DNA of 64,000 nt from Candidatus Methanomethylophilaceae archaeon (lineage in GTDB: Archaea; Thermoplasmatota; Thermoplasmata; Methanomassiliicoccales; Methanomethylophilaceae). The translations under genes were made by a program, and so were the position numbers. Under the pieces are notes generated by a model, which had not been told where the DNA came from, made no database searches, and saw nothing but the letters and a program-made list of their open reading frames with translations. The stretch spans positions 160,001 to 224,000 of the forward strand of contig CALUHR010000013.1 in the NCBI GenBank assembly GCA_944320495.1, read 5' to 3'. Shown one piece after another: positions 11,756-22,345 of this stretch (its first letter is position 1; every line of letters starts with the position of its first letter).

Positions 11756-13159
11756 TCACATGGTGTGCGCGGCGTACGCCGGCTGGTCCACGGGCTTGCC
11801 GCAGATTATGCACTTGCCGGAGTACTGCTCGGGGTGGTAGGGCCTGCCGAGGATCTTGAACCCGTAGGTGTCCTCGAACTTGTGGCCGCACTCCTCGCAG
11901 CCGCACCAGCCGAACCTGAGGATCTTGTCCTCGGGCAGGTTCTCGACCGAGTCCACGTCCTGGATGCGCGACTTCTGGATCTCGCAGGCCTTCTGGTACA
12001 TGTTCTCGGAGATGGCGTCGAGCAGGAGCTGCACGCCGGGCGCGAGGGAGTCGATGGCGATCTCGCCCTTCTCGCCGGTGTCCCTCCTGGCGAAGGAGAC
12101 CACGCCGTTCTCGATGTCCCTGCCGCCGAGCTCGATGCGCAGCGGGACTCCCTTCATCTCCCACTCGTAGTACTTGGCGCCGGGGCGCATGTCGCGGTCG
12201 TCCAGCTTCACGCGGATGCCTGCCGACCTGAGCACCTCGGCGATGCGCATGGTGGCCTCTGCGACGGCCGCCGCATTGTCCTTCTTGAAGATCGGGATGA
12301 TCACGCACTGGAAGGGGGCGATGCCCGGGGGCATGACGAGTCCCTGGTCGTCCCCGTGGACGCCGATGAGGGCGCCGACCAGCCTCTCGGACATGCCGAA
12401 GGTGGTCTGGTGGACGTGCTTGTGCTCGCCGTTCTCGTCCTCGTAGGTGATGTCGTAGGGGATAGAGAAGTTGGTGCGGTAGTGGTGGATGGACCCCATC
12501 TGCAGCGTCCTGCCGTTGGGCATGGACGTGTCGATGCCGACGGTGTAGTGCGCGCCGGGGAACTTGTCCCACTCGGTGCGGATGAGCAGGGTGTAGGGCA
12601 GGCAGATCTTCCTGGCGATCCTCTCGAGGATCTCGATGTCCTCCTCCACCTGGCACTGGGCGTCCTCCTCGGACACGTGGCAGGTGTGGGACTCGAAGAA
12701 GTGGATCTCGCGGACCCTGATGAACGGGCGGGTCTGCTTGGTCTCGTACCTGAAGGTGTTGACGATCTGGTACGTCTTCAGGGGGAGGTCCTGGTGGGAC
12801 CTGACCCAGAGGGAGAACATCGGGTACATGGCGGTCTCCGAGGTGGGCCTGACGACCAGCCTGACGTCGAGCTCGTTGAGGCCGGCGTGGGTGACCCAGT
12901 AGACCTCCTCGTCGAATCCCTTGATGTGGTCCTTCTCCTTGGCGAACTGGTCCTCCGGGATCATCAGGGGGAAGCAGACCTCGTCGTGCCCGGTGGCGTC
13001 GAACTCCTCGCGGATGTAGGAGTCGATCTGCCTCATGATCTTCCAGCCGTACGGCGTCCAGACGTTCATCCCCTTGATGGGGTACCTCTTGTCGCAGAGG
13101 TTGGCCTTCTCGACGATGTCGAGGTACCAGTCGGCGAAGTTGTCCTCTTTCATCGACAT
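11756..13159 (-). CDS. proS: Prolyl-tRNA synthetase (archaeal/eukaryal type)
   Basis: FADWY, RYPIKG, VRPTSET, RYETKQTRPFIRVREI, HQTTFGMSERL; C-terminal Zn motif. Confidence 0.97.
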   Translation of the reverse strand: MSMKEDNFADWYLDIVEKANLCDKRYPIKGMNVWTPYGWKIMRQIDSYIREEFDATGHDEVCFPLMIPEDQFAKEKDHIKGFDEEVYWVTHAGLNELDVRLVVRPTSETAMYPMFSLWVRSHQDLPLKTYQIVNTFRYETKQTRPFIRVREIHFFESHTCHVSEEDAQCQVEEDIEILERIARKICLPYTLLIRTEWDKFPGAHYTVGIDTSMPNGRTLQMGSIHHYRTNFSIPYDITYEDENGEHKHVHQTTFGMSERLVGALIGVHGDDQGLVMPPGIAPFQCVIIPIFKKDNAAAVAEATMRIAEVLRSAGIRVKLDDRDMRPGAKYYEWEMKGVPLRIELGGRDIENGVVSFARRDTGEKGEIAIDSLAPGVQLLLDAISENMYQKACEIQKSRIQDVDSVENLPEDKILRFGWCGCEECGHKFEDTYGFKILGRPYHPEQYSGKCIICGKPVDQPAYAAHTM

Positions 13160-13164
13160 GCAGA

Positions 13165-14019
13165 TCACTCCCTCAGCGCGTCGGCGATGAGGCCGGCGAC
13201 GGAGATGTGGGACACCTCGTTCTCGAGGGTGTTGCAGCAGAGCACCGCGGACAGAGCGGAGCCGGTGAGCCTCTCGATGGCGTTGTTCACGAAGACCCCG
13301 TGGGTGCAGGCGACCGCTACGGACGCGGCGCCGGCGTCCCTGAGGGCGGAGGCGGCGGTGACGATGGTCCCTCCGGTGGAAATCATGTCGTCCACGATGA
13401 GGACGTTCTTGCCCGCGACGTCGAATGTGGCGGGGGCGATCCTGACCTCGGTCCCGGAGAGGCGGGTCTTGTTCAGGTGGTCGCTGGGGACGCCCATCCT
13501 GTCACCGACGTCCTTGGCGCGCCCTGCGGCCCCGATGTCTGGGGAGAGGACCAGGTCGATCCCCTTGCCCTTGAAGTAGTCGGCTATGACGGCGGCGGCC
13601 TTGAGGTCGGTGTGCCTGCAGGGGAAGTAGTCGAGGACGGCCTCCTTGTGGATGTCGATGGTGATGACCCTGTCGCAGACCAGAGCGAGGTGCTGGCACA
13701 TTACCTTGGCGGACTCCGGCTCGCCGGGCTTGAAGACGCGGTCCTGCCTGGCGTACCCGAAGTAGGGGATGACCAGGGTGACGGACCTGGCCCCGAGCCT
13801 GCGGACGGCGTCCTGGATCAGGAACATCTCGATCAGGCTGTCGTTGGGGTAGGTGTTCTGGACGATGACCACGTCGTCATCGAGGGCCTCGGCGTCGATC
13901 CTGGTGTAGCACTCGCCGTCGGGGAACTTCGTGGACGCGGCCTGGATATAGGTGCAGTCGAGGATACCCGCCAGCTCTTTGGCAAGGTCCCTGGATGAGG
14001 AGCCGCCTACTATTATCAT
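13165..14019 (-). CDS. prs: Ribose-phosphate pyrophosphokinase
   Basis: FPDGE, PYFGYARQDR, SPDIGA, IVDDMISTGGT, CTHGVF. Confidence 0.96.
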   Translation of the reverse strand: MIIVGGSSSRDLAKELAGILDCTYIQAASTKFPDGECYTRIDAEALDDDVVIVQNTYPNDSLIEMFLIQDAVRRLGARSVTLVIPYFGYARQDRVFKPGEPESAKVMCQHLALVCDRVITIDIHKEAVLDYFPCRHTDLKAAAVIADYFKGKGIDLVLSPDIGAAGRAKDVGDRMGVPSDHLNKTRLSGTEVRIAPATFDVAGKNVLIVDDMISTGGTIVTAASALRDAGAASVAVACTHGVFVNNAIERLTGSALSAVLCCNTLENEVSHISVAGLIADALRE

Positions 14020-14271
14020 GATTCGCGTGTAAGTAATCGCGGTAATAAGGGTTTACTGGGACGGTGACCCAGAGCGTGGGTATGGCCGGGGGATGACCCC
14101 CGGAAAAGGAGAAAGGAGGACACGGGTAACCAACGCGTCTTCAAGGCAGGAGCGGGCCCGATCGTCCCGGGCCGGGAGTTCCCATGCTATTCTTGGATAT
14201 AGCATCCATCCATATAAAGGTGACTGCCCCCGACCGACACGGCGATATGCCCGGACGACCTGCGAGAGGCC

Positions 14272-14574
14272 ATGGCAGAAAGACAGGACGTCGTCACCGA
14301 CGAGCGGATGGACAAATACCTCGACATCACGGGCCGCGCCCTGGCGAAGCTCAGGATCGCGGCGCCGGAGAAGTCCTACAACCGCCGCCTGGCGGACAGC
14401 TTCCTCGAGATGGCCAACTGCTACTACTCGGACGCGAAGCACTTCAGGGAGTGCGGAGACCTCGTCACCGCCTTCGCGGCCGTTAACTACGCCCACGCCT
14501 GGCTGGACTGCGGCGCCAGGATCGGCCTCTTCGACGTCGGAGGGGACGACGTCCTCTTCACGCTCTTTGAACGA
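14272..14574 (+). CDS. DUF357 family protein
   Basis: FLEMANCYYSDAKHF...AFAAVNYAHAWLDCGARIGLF...DDVLFTL; CGA at 14572-14574; standard stop at 14604. Confidence 0.85.
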
Positions 14575-15421
14575 TCGCCTCGCGATGGCTCGAAGAGCAC
14601 CTGAACGTCCTCACGTGACCCCTGCCCAGCATGGACCAGAGGACCTCCTCCGGCGCGTCTGTGTAGATGCTGTTGCCCAGCATGCACATGCCGGCATGGA
14701 ACCCGCGGGACCTGAGGCCGTCCAGGACGTCCGACATGCGGGACGACTCCAGACCGGTCTCGCGGGAGAAGCGGTTGGACGCGACGAACAGGTTCTCGTA
14801 GGTGGGATCCGCTATGAACCCGTCCAGGGTGTCGGCCGCCGCGTCACGGACGGCCTCCATCCTCCCGGGATCGGCCAGGACGTCGCCGGTCTCCATGACC
14901 GGCCCGAGCACCGCCAGTGTAATCCTGGGGATCGTGAACCCGGCGTTCCTGACGGCCCCGTGTGGCGGCAGTCCCGCCACCGTGCGTATCGGCACGTCCC
15001 TGCCGCCGACTATGGCGCTGACGTCCCCGAGCCCCCCTCCGCAGCGGACCTCCGCCACGTGTGCGGCGGAGAACGCCTCGAACCTGGGCATGCCCGTGAC
15101 ATCCGCTATGGCAAGACCGACGGCGATCGCTCCGGCGGCGCTCATGCCGAACCCCTGGCTCACCGGCAGGTCGTTGTCTATCGAGATGTCGAACCCCGTC
15201 CCGGGCGCCATGATCGAGGCCACCGTGCGGGTGACGGGTGCGTCGGACTCCTCGCCGTCCATCCTCACGATGACCTCGCCGTCGTCCCTCGGGACGACGT
15301 CGGCGCGGGCCCCGAGGCTCAGGCGTATGCCCACCCCGCGGGACCCCGTCGACATCACGTCGTAGGACCTGATCGGCTGGAAGATGCACGACACGTGCCC
15401 GGGGCAGAACGCTCTCGCCAT
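14558..15421 (-). CDS. poK: Pantoate kinase (GHMP family)
   Basis: AFCPGHVS, GSRGVGI, PVSQGFGMSAAG, GLGDV, MCMLGNSI; downstream of coaBC. Confidence 0.88.
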   Translation of the reverse strand: MARAFCPGHVSCIFQPIRSYDVMSTGSRGVGIRLSLGARADVVPRDDGEVIVRMDGEESDAPVTRTVASIMAPGTGFDISIDNDLPVSQGFGMSAAGAIAVGLAIADVTGMPRFEAFSAAHVAEVRCGGGLGDVSAIVGGRDVPIRTVAGLPPHGAVRNAGFTIPRITLAVLGPVMETGDVLADPGRMEAVRDAAADTLDGFIADPTYENLFVASNRFSRETGLESSRMSDVLDGLRSRGFHAGMCMLGNSIYTDAPEEVLWSMLGRGHVRTFRCSSSHREAIVQRA

Positions 15422-15423
15422 GA

Positions 15424-16611
15424 TCGCAGCTTCTTGATGCAGAGGTCGAGGATCGCGTCGGAGACCTCGGCCTTCGTACCGGTGATGGCCCTGTCCTCGG
15501 TCTCGGTCACGAGGATGGAGGAGGAGGTCGTCCTCCCGACCACGTCGATGTCGTTGGCCACCACGGCGGCGAGGTCGTACCTCTGCAGACGGCTCCTCGC
15601 CCTGTCGACCAGCTCCTGCCTCGTGAGACCCGACTCGGCCTTGAAGCCGACGACCACGGGGCACCTCTCCCTGATGAGGGGCAGCACCTTCGGGACCGGC
15701 CCCAGATCGAGGTCGAACCCCGCATCGCTGGATATCTTGCCGGACACAGGCTCCAGCGGGGTGAAGTCCGCCAGGGCGGCCGGGACGATGACCGCATCGT
15801 GGTCTATCTCCGGGACCATCCCCACGAGGTCCGACACGGTGGCGAACCTCCTGGTGGGGATGTAGTCGGGCAGCTGCACGCTGCATCCGCCCATCCACAG
15901 CTCCACGTCCGCACCCCTCTCGAAGGCCCTCCTGGCGAGCTCCACGCTCATGGTCCCGGACGAGCGGTTGGTGATGATCCTCATCGAGTCGATTGGCTCC
16001 TCGCTCCTGCCGCCGATGATCAGCAGGCGCTTGCCCTGCAGGTAGTTCCTGGAGAGCAGCTTGAACGTGGATGCGACGATCTCCTCGCGGGATGCGACCT
16101 TCGCCCTGCCGTCGGAGACGCGGGGGCCGATGAAGGTGACGCCCCACGCCTTTAGTCTGGCTATGTTCGCGGAGACCGCGGGGTTGGTGTACATGGAGTC
16201 GTGCATGGCCGGCGCGATGGCCACCGGGATCCCGGATCCGAGGGCGACGGTGGCGAAGGACGTCACCGGTGTGTCGTCGATGCCGTTGGCCAGCTTGGAC
16301 ACGGTGTTCGCAGTCGCCGGGTAGATGAGGAGCAGGTCGGCGGAGCGGGCGGCCATCATGGTGATGTGCTCGGTCCCGCCGGTGAGGTCCGTGACCGGCC
16401 TGTGGCCGCAGGCGAACTCCAGGGAGTCGGGCGTGACGAGCTTCTGGGCCTCGCGGGTCATCACGACCCTGACCTCCGCGCCGTGCCTGACCAGCTCCCT
16501 TATGGTGCCGAAGCACTCGACGGCTGCTATGCTCCCGGTGATGCCGATGACGACCGTCTTCCCCCTGAGCTTGGTGCTCTTCTCGCAGTAGATCTCCTCC
16601 GAAGGATGCAT
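15424..16611 (-). CDS. coaBC: Bifunctional phosphopantothenoylcysteine decarboxylase/ligase
   Basis: GITGSIAA, PATANT, APAMH..MY, ITNRSSG, AALADF, VGFKAE; CGA at 15424-15426 then 2 nt then the poK ATG; standard stop at 15355 lies inside poK. Confidence 0.94.
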
Positions 16612-16612
16612 C

Positions 16613-17206
16613 TCAAAGAACCTCCCGAATGATTTTCATGACGTCGGCCAGGACGTCCTCCCTGGGGCGGGAGGCGTCGACGACCTCGAAGCCGTACCTC
16701 TCCGCCAGCTCCAGGTAGCGCTCCCTGACCTGGGTGAGGAAGCGGAGCTCCTCGAACTTGCTCCCCTCCTCTCCCCTGGAGCCCACCCTGGCGAGGGCCT
16801 CCGCGGGGTCCATGTCCAGCAGGATGACCGCGTCAGGGATGCCGACGAACCGCTCGGAGAGGGTCTCTAGCCAGCCCTCGTCCGCGGAGTCCCCGTCCAG
16901 GGAGGCGGACTGGTAGGCGATGGTGGACGCGTAGTACCTGTCGCACAGCACGACGGAACCCTCCCCGACCCTGCGCATGATGCGGTCGGTGTGCTCGATG
17001 CGGTCGGCGACGAACAGCAGCGACTCGGCCCTCTGGGATATCCTCCCTGCGGCGCCTGAGCGTATCAGCGCGCCCACGCCGGTGTCGGTGGGCTCGAAGG
17101 TCACCTCCGCGTCGCGCCCCTCCGAACGGAGGATCTCCGCCGCGGACCTGCATGCGGTGGTCTTCCCGGTGCCGTCGATGCCCTCCAAGACTATGAACGC
17201 GCCCAT
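16613..17206 (-). CDS. tmk: Thymidylate kinase
   Basis: FIVLEGIDGTGKTT, LFVADR, LCDRY. Confidence 0.95.
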   Translation of the reverse strand: MGAFIVLEGIDGTGKTTACRSAAEILRSEGRDAEVTFEPTDTGVGALIRSGAAGRISQRAESLLFVADRIEHTDRIMRRVGEGSVVLCDRYYASTIAYQSASLDGDSADEGWLETLSERFVGIPDAVILLDMDPAEALARVGSRGEEGSKFEELRFLTQVRERYLELAERYGFEVVDASRPREDVLADVMKIIREVL

Positions 17207-17232
17207 GTCGGCGTTGTTATGCCCCGAGCGAT

Positions 17233-17640
17233 TTAAACCTTCATCAGTTCGACGCGCTCCCTCAGGAGCCTGACCGCCGAGTCCAGCGACTCGACGTCCT
17301 TGGAGTACGGCCTGCAGAGGACCGTCAGGTCCCTGCGCACCGTGTCGTCATAATCCACGCAGAGCGACTCCAGGTCCCGCCTCAGCGAATCCGCGAGGTT
17401 CCCTCCGCGCCTGTCCCAGTCCGTCAGGATCACGGCCGGCCTCCCCTCGCGCCAGACGTGCTCCGCGGCCTTCAGCGGCCCTCCGCCGGACTGGACGCAG
17501 TAGAACTCCCCCTCGATCCCCAGCGCCCTCAGGGCGTCGACGTCCTTCAGGCCCTCCACCAGGATCACGTGGTCCTCCGCCAGCTCCGAGAGCCTGGCCA
17601 GGCACTCCTCGATGGACTCGAGGCGCTCGGCGTCGTCCAT
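17233..17640 (-). CDS. Small Toprim-domain protein (RNase M5-like)
   Basis: ILVEGLKDVDAL, VILTDWDRRG, DVESL. Confidence 0.85.
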   Translation of the reverse strand: MDDAERLESIEECLARLSELAEDHVILVEGLKDVDALRALGIEGEFYCVQSGGGPLKAAEHVWREGRPAVILTDWDRRGGNLADSLRRDLESLCVDYDDTVRRDLTVLCRPYSKDVESLDSAVRLLRERVELMKV

Positions 17641-17932
17641 CGACGGCCCCCAGCGAGGCGAGGATGGGATCGGGGTCGCCGCGGATGCGGACGGTCTTCT
17701 GCCTGGACGTCATCCCCGAAGAGACCTCGCACCTGCATCCGGTCAGATCGGAGAAGAACCTGCAGACCTCCGCGTTAGCGCGTCCGTCGAGCGGCGGGGC
17801 GGAGACCCTCAGGACCATGCGCCTCCTCCACTCGTCGTAGCCGTCCGGACCGGGGCGGCTGGACCTGGGTGAGACGGACACATCGACCTCCACCCACCCG
17901 TCGCCGCGGCGGCAAACATCCTGGACCCTCAT
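17633..17932 (-). CDS. DUF167 (YggU-like) protein
   Basis: VSPRSS, VSAPPLDGRANAE, SGMTSRQK; CGA at 17633-17635 gives 99 aa and an ATGGACGA overlap with the Toprim start; standard code adds 95 out-of-frame aa. Confidence 0.88.
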
Positions 17933-18017
17933 GACACCCGGATGGGTGCGGTGGAGTTGAACCCTCCGCCGGACGTCGCACCGAACGCTTTATAGCGCGC
18001 GCGTGATGGCGTCCCCG

Positions 18018-18881
18018 ATGAGCCCCGCGGTCGACCCTATGACATTCGATGAGCTGTCCGAGCTCTACAGGGTCGAGATGAAGAGCGCATCCCTCTCGCA
18101 GCCGAGGAGGGACCTCTACAGGGCGATGGCGAACCTCCTGACCTCCCTGCGCCAGGAGTACGACCGCCAGATGTCGAAGGACCCGGACTCTGTCATGACC
18201 GAGGGCGCGGAGCAGCGCCGTAAGAAGGCGGACCGCCTGTGCAAGGACATCATGGTCGTGCGCACCAGGAAGATCTCCGCCATGGCCATCCGCGGAGCGG
18301 AGGGCGGGCGCAACGCGCTGGACTGCCTCACGGACGAGGAGCGCACCTACTACGACGGCATCCTGGAGCTCACCAGGCGCCAGCTTTCGGAGGTCGACAG
18401 GCTCAGGGGCAAGAGGGTCACGGTCGAGACGCGCATCGACGAGCCCCCGGCCAGGGACGTGCCGCCGGCTCCCGAGCCGGAACCGGAGGAGATCCCGCTG
18501 GACGCCGTCCCAATGGACGACGAGCCATTCGACGACATACCCGAGGAGGACCAGTTCATCCCGGACGACGAGCCGGTCCCCGAACCGGAACCTGCGGTCT
18601 CCGAGGAGCCCCCGGTCGCGGAGACCCCCGTTCACGGGCCCGAGCCGGTCCCCGAGCCCTCTACAGAGCCCTTGGCCGCGCCGGAGGAACCCTCGGACAC
18701 GACCGTTCGGGAAGATGACCTCTCCCCCGAGCTCATAAGGATCCTCGAGGACCTGCCGCCCTTCGCGGGACCTGACAGGGACTACAGCCTCGCGAAGGAG
18801 GACCTGGTCACCCTGCCGAGGGTCCTGGCGGACGTCCTCGTCAACGCCGGCAAGGCCACCCGCATCACGCCTACGCCCTGA
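18018..18881 (+). CDS. GINS15/51-type replication protein (A domain, long acidic Pro-rich linker, B domain)
   Basis: Helical N-domain with RTRKI and LTDEERTYY; C-terminal IRILEDLPPFAG...KEDLVTLP...LVNAGKA matches the GINS B-domain pattern; start uncertain (18003-18039). Confidence 0.75.
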   Translation: MSPAVDPMTFDELSELYRVEMKSASLSQPRRDLYRAMANLLTSLRQEYDRQMSKDPDSVMTEGAEQRRKKADRLCKDIMVVRTRKISAMAIRGAEGGRNALDCLTDEERTYYDGILELTRRQLSEVDRLRGKRVTVETRIDEPPARDVPPAPEPEPEEIPLDAVPMDDEPFDDIPEEDQFIPDDEPVPEPEPAVSEEPPVAETPVHGPEPVPEPSTEPLAAPEEPSDTTVREDDLSPELIRILEDLPPFAGPDRDYSLAKEDLVTLPRVLADVLVNAGKATRITPTP

Positions 18882-19629
18882 GCGTCCTGGAGTCCCCCAG
18901 GAACTCCAGACAATCGATGTTCAGGCGGCGTATGCCTGTTATCTCGGAGACGGTCTCCCTGGCGATGTCTGGCTCGTTGTTGGTCCTGCTCAGGTGCGCC
19001 AGGAAGATCTGGCGCCCGGAGTCGGTCATCGTGCGCCTGATCGCCTTTGCCGTGTCCACGTTGCACATGTGACCGTGGTCGCTGCCGATGAGCTGCTTCA
19101 GCTGCGGGGGATAGGGACCCTCGGCGAGCATCCTGGCGTCGTAGTTCGCCTCGATGACCGCGATGTCCGCCTCCTTGAGGGCGGCCTCGATCTGGAACGT
19201 CAGCTTCCCGGTGTCGGTGGCGAGGAGCACCTTCTTCCCGTCCACCTGCGTGTAGTAGGCGCACGGCTGGACGGCATTGTGGACCGTGGGCAGCGGTGTC
19301 ACGTGGAACTGGCCGATGTCGAAGCTCCCCGACGGGTCTATGGGGACATAGTCCACGCTCCCCAGGTTCAGTGCCGAGAACGTCGCCTCGTTGCACATGA
19401 CAGGCACACCAAGCTTCCTGGCAGTGGCGCCGGCGCCGCTGACATGGTCGCTGTGCTCATGCGTGACGAGGATGGCTTTGACCATCTCCTTGTCGACGCC
19501 CTCCTGCTCCATCTGTTTGAGGATCTTTTTGCAGCTGATGCCGGCGTCGATCATTATGGCCTCGCCGTCGCTCTCTATGACGGTGCAGTTCCCGTCGCTG
19601 CCGCTGGCGAGGACGTGTACCTCCAGCAT
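18871..19629 (-). CDS. Metallo-beta-lactamase fold hydrolase (YycJ/PhnP-like)
   Basis: LASGSDGN, THEHSDH, TDTG, IEANYD, AHLSRTNN; ends TAG followed by GCG TGA. Confidence 0.88.
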   Translation of the reverse strand: MLEVHVLASGSDGNCTVIESDGEAIMIDAGISCKKILKQMEQEGVDKEMVKAILVTHEHSDHVSGAGATARKLGVPVMCNEATFSALNLGSVDYVPIDPSGSFDIGQFHVTPLPTVHNAVQPCAYYTQVDGKKVLLATDTGKLTFQIEAALKEADIAVIEANYDARMLAEGPYPPQLKQLIGSDHGHMCNVDTAKAIRRTMTDSGRQIFLAHLSRTNNEPDIARETVSEITGIRRLNIDCLEFLGDSRTLRA

Positions 19630-19635
19630 CCCGCT

Positions 19636-20121
19636 TCAGACCTTCTTCTTGTAGAGAGCGAAGATGATGTCGCCACGGGAGATGATCCCGACCACGACGC
19701 CCTTCTCGACGACGGGCAGGCGGTTGACCTTGAGCTCGATCATGGACTTGAGGACCTCCATGATCGTGGTGTCCGGGGTGGCGGTGAGGACGGTGCGGGT
19801 CATGACATCGGAGACGAGCTTGTTGGAGATCTCCTCGGAGATCTTCTTCAGCCTCTCGTCGGGCTCGCTGGCGGAGTCCATGGAATAATTGAGCATCACC
19901 GAGTCCGACTGCTCCCTGTCCAGGGCAAGCTGGTAGTGCAGGATGAGGTCGAGGATGTCGTTCTCGCTGAGGATTCCGAGAAGGTGGTTCCTGTTATCGA
20001 CGACGGGCGCGCCGGATACGTTGTCTAGAGCCAGCTTTATGACAGCCTTCTTGAGGTTGTCGTCCGGCTTGAGCGTGACCACCTGGGTCGTCATCAGATC
20101 CCTGACCTTCAACTTGGACAT
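19636..20121 (-). CDS. CBS domain protein
   Basis: VRDLMT, GAPVVD, LGILSENDI, LPVVEKG.VVGIISRGD. Confidence 0.9.
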   Translation of the reverse strand: MSKLKVRDLMTTQVVTLKPDDNLKKAVIKLALDNVSGAPVVDNRNHLLGILSENDILDLILHYQLALDREQSDSVMLNYSMDSASEPDERLKKISEEISNKLVSDVMTRTVLTATPDTTIMEVLKSMIELKVNRLPVVEKGVVVGIISRGDIIFALYKKKV

Positions 20122-20239
20122 CGGACGCGGGTATCGTAGTGACGCATATATTGGTTTGGTGGAGGGCTGGACAGACTCCGTCGGCCTCCGGCCCAATAGA
20201 TAGTTTTATGTACAAGCAGGATATGAGCATCTTTGTCGT

Positions 20240-20316
20240 GGGCCTGTAGCTCAGCTAGGTAGAGCGTCCGACTCTTAATCGGACGGCCAAGGGTTCGAAT
20301 CCCTTCAGGCCCGCCA
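20240..20316 (+). tRNA. tRNA-Lys: tRNA-Lys(CUU) with encoded CCA
   Basis: GGGCCTGTAGCTCAGCTAGGTAGAGCGTCCGACTCTTAATCGGACGGCCAAGGGTTCGAATCCCTTCAGGCCCGCCA; anticodon CTT. Confidence 0.97.
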
Positions 20317-20815
20317 CTTGTTTTCTATCACTGCCTTCAGTAACGATGGTCTTTTCGTTTCGTCAATTCAACGGAACTCCTGGTGTGCGACATGGACGAC
20401 ACGATACAATTGGGCGGTACTGCCTGAACGAACTGAGCTGCTCGTCCATCCTGCTGATGGCCTACATCTGTCCGCGCACATCCATGCTCTGAGACAGCAT
20501 GGGGTAGAACGGCACCTTCCTCCTGTGACGAACTGGATATCCAATCGGGCGGTAGAGCGAATAATCCTTCTTATTGTGGTAATTGGCCAGGATAATGATT
20601 GATTCTCGAATTTTTATTATATCAAATTTTTTCTATTATCATAATTTTTTATCGTAATTAACAAGCATTTATACAGAGACCTCACCGAAGATGACATGCC
20701 AGGTCTCAGCCAGACTATGGCATCAGTGGTCCGGATTCTGCGAAGGCATCCGGCGATCCCCCGATGGGATGGATGTGCCGGACCATAGATCGCGGACGAA
20801 GACGAGTCCTCCTGA

Positions 20816-22345
20816 TCGCAGGTCCTTCGCCATGTACGGCAGGTCGTACCCGTATCCGAGGGACGCGTAGTATCTCCTGACGCCCACCCCGCTCGTGACC
20901 CTGATCCTGCCGTACCCGCGCTCCCTTGCGAGGTCCTCGGCCCTGGCGACCAGCTCGCGGCCGAACCCGCGGTGCTGCCACTCCCCCTCGTCGCCAATCG
21001 ACGCGGCCTTCCCGAAGACCTTCAGCTCGCGGATGGTCGCGTTGGCGTCGAGCCTCAGGCGGGCGTATCCGATCAGGGAGTCCCTGTACTCGTAGGTGAT
21101 GAACAGCTCCGTGCCGCCGCAGGCCTCGTACTCGATCACCTTCGGCTCGGCGTCCGCCGGGTCCCTCAGGACCACGCCGGTGTGGCCGACCTCCCTGCAG
21201 CGGATGCACCTGCACGGGCGGCCCTCCGCACGCATGCGGTCCTCGACGAGCTGGCGGATGTTGCTGGTGGTTATGCCCGCGGCGATCTGCGGCGCGGGAA
21301 TGTCCCTCTGGATGCGCTGGATGCGCACGTACTCGGGGACGACGGACTTCATGTCGGCCAGCAGGCGGACGGCGGTCTCGGTGTCGTACGGCTCGTATTC
21401 CCCGGCCCTCCACATATCGTAGAGGCCGGTGCCATCGATCACGAGGGTCGTGTAGAACTTGAGCATGTCCGGACGGTACGCGGGGTCGTCGAACACCCTC
21501 CTGAAGCATTCCAGGTCGTGCTCCGGCGACGATCCCGGCAGTCCGGGCATGATGTGGTAGCAGACCTTCAGGCCGTGCTCCCTGCACTCGCGGGTACACC
21601 TGCGGACCTCTTCGGTCCCGTGGCCCCTGTCCACCCCCCTGAGTATGTCGTCATCGAGAATCTGCACGCCGAGCTCCACCCTTGTGGCCCCCAAGGCCAT
21701 GGCGCGCTCGATCTGCTCCGCCCCGAACACGTCCGGGCGGGTCTCGACGGTGAGCCCGACGCACCTGTGAGCGGAGGTCTCGTTCAGACGCTGCGCCTCC
21801 TCCAGCGTCCCCGAGTCGGTACCGTTCATGGCGTCGAAGCACCTGCGCACGAACCACTCCTGATAGTCGGCGTCGCGGCTGGTGAAGGTCCCGCCCATGA
21901 CGATGAGGTCGATCTTGTCGGTCGGATGGCCGATGTCCGTGAGCTGGCGTATGCGGTCGGTCACCTGCAGGAAGGGGTCGAAGTCGTTCCTTCCCGCGCG
22001 GCGTGCGGCCGGCTCCTTGCCCGTGTAGGACTGCGGGGAGCAGTTGCCCACCCCTCCGGGGCAGTAGGTGCACCTGCCGTGGGGGCAGTCGTGAGGAGAC
22101 GTCATCACGGCGACTACGGCCACGCCGGACATCGTGCGCATGGGCTTCTTGACCAGGAGCGGCAGCAGGAGGTCCCTGTCCTCCTCGCGGACGTTCGCCA
22201 GGATGCTGGAGTTGGGGGGCACGCCGGCGAGTCCGTACCTCTTGCAGAGCTTCAGCTTGAGGTTCTGCAGCTGGTCCCTGTCGCGGACGGTCCCGTCCCT
22301 CACCGCCTGGATGAGGTCGGCGGAGAGCTGTGAGACGTCATCCAT
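20816..22345 (-). CDS. elp3: Elp3 tRNA wobble-uridine radical SAM/acetyltransferase
   Basis: CPHGRCTYCPGG, MGGTF, ETRPD, HIMPGLPG, RIQRDIP, QHRGFG, SGVGVRRYY; CGA at 20816-20818 follows YMAKDL (509 aa); standard stop at 20723. Confidence 0.95.

Noticed and set aside
14558-16516. 652-aa ORF suggesting a fusion upstream of pantoate kinase
   Set aside because: The N-terminal part is an off-frame overlap with coaBC; pantoate kinase starts at 15421
20318-20602. 94-aa TTG-started ORF after tRNA-Lys
   Set aside because: Atypical codon usage, no motif, starts immediately at the tRNA end and contains an internal CGA
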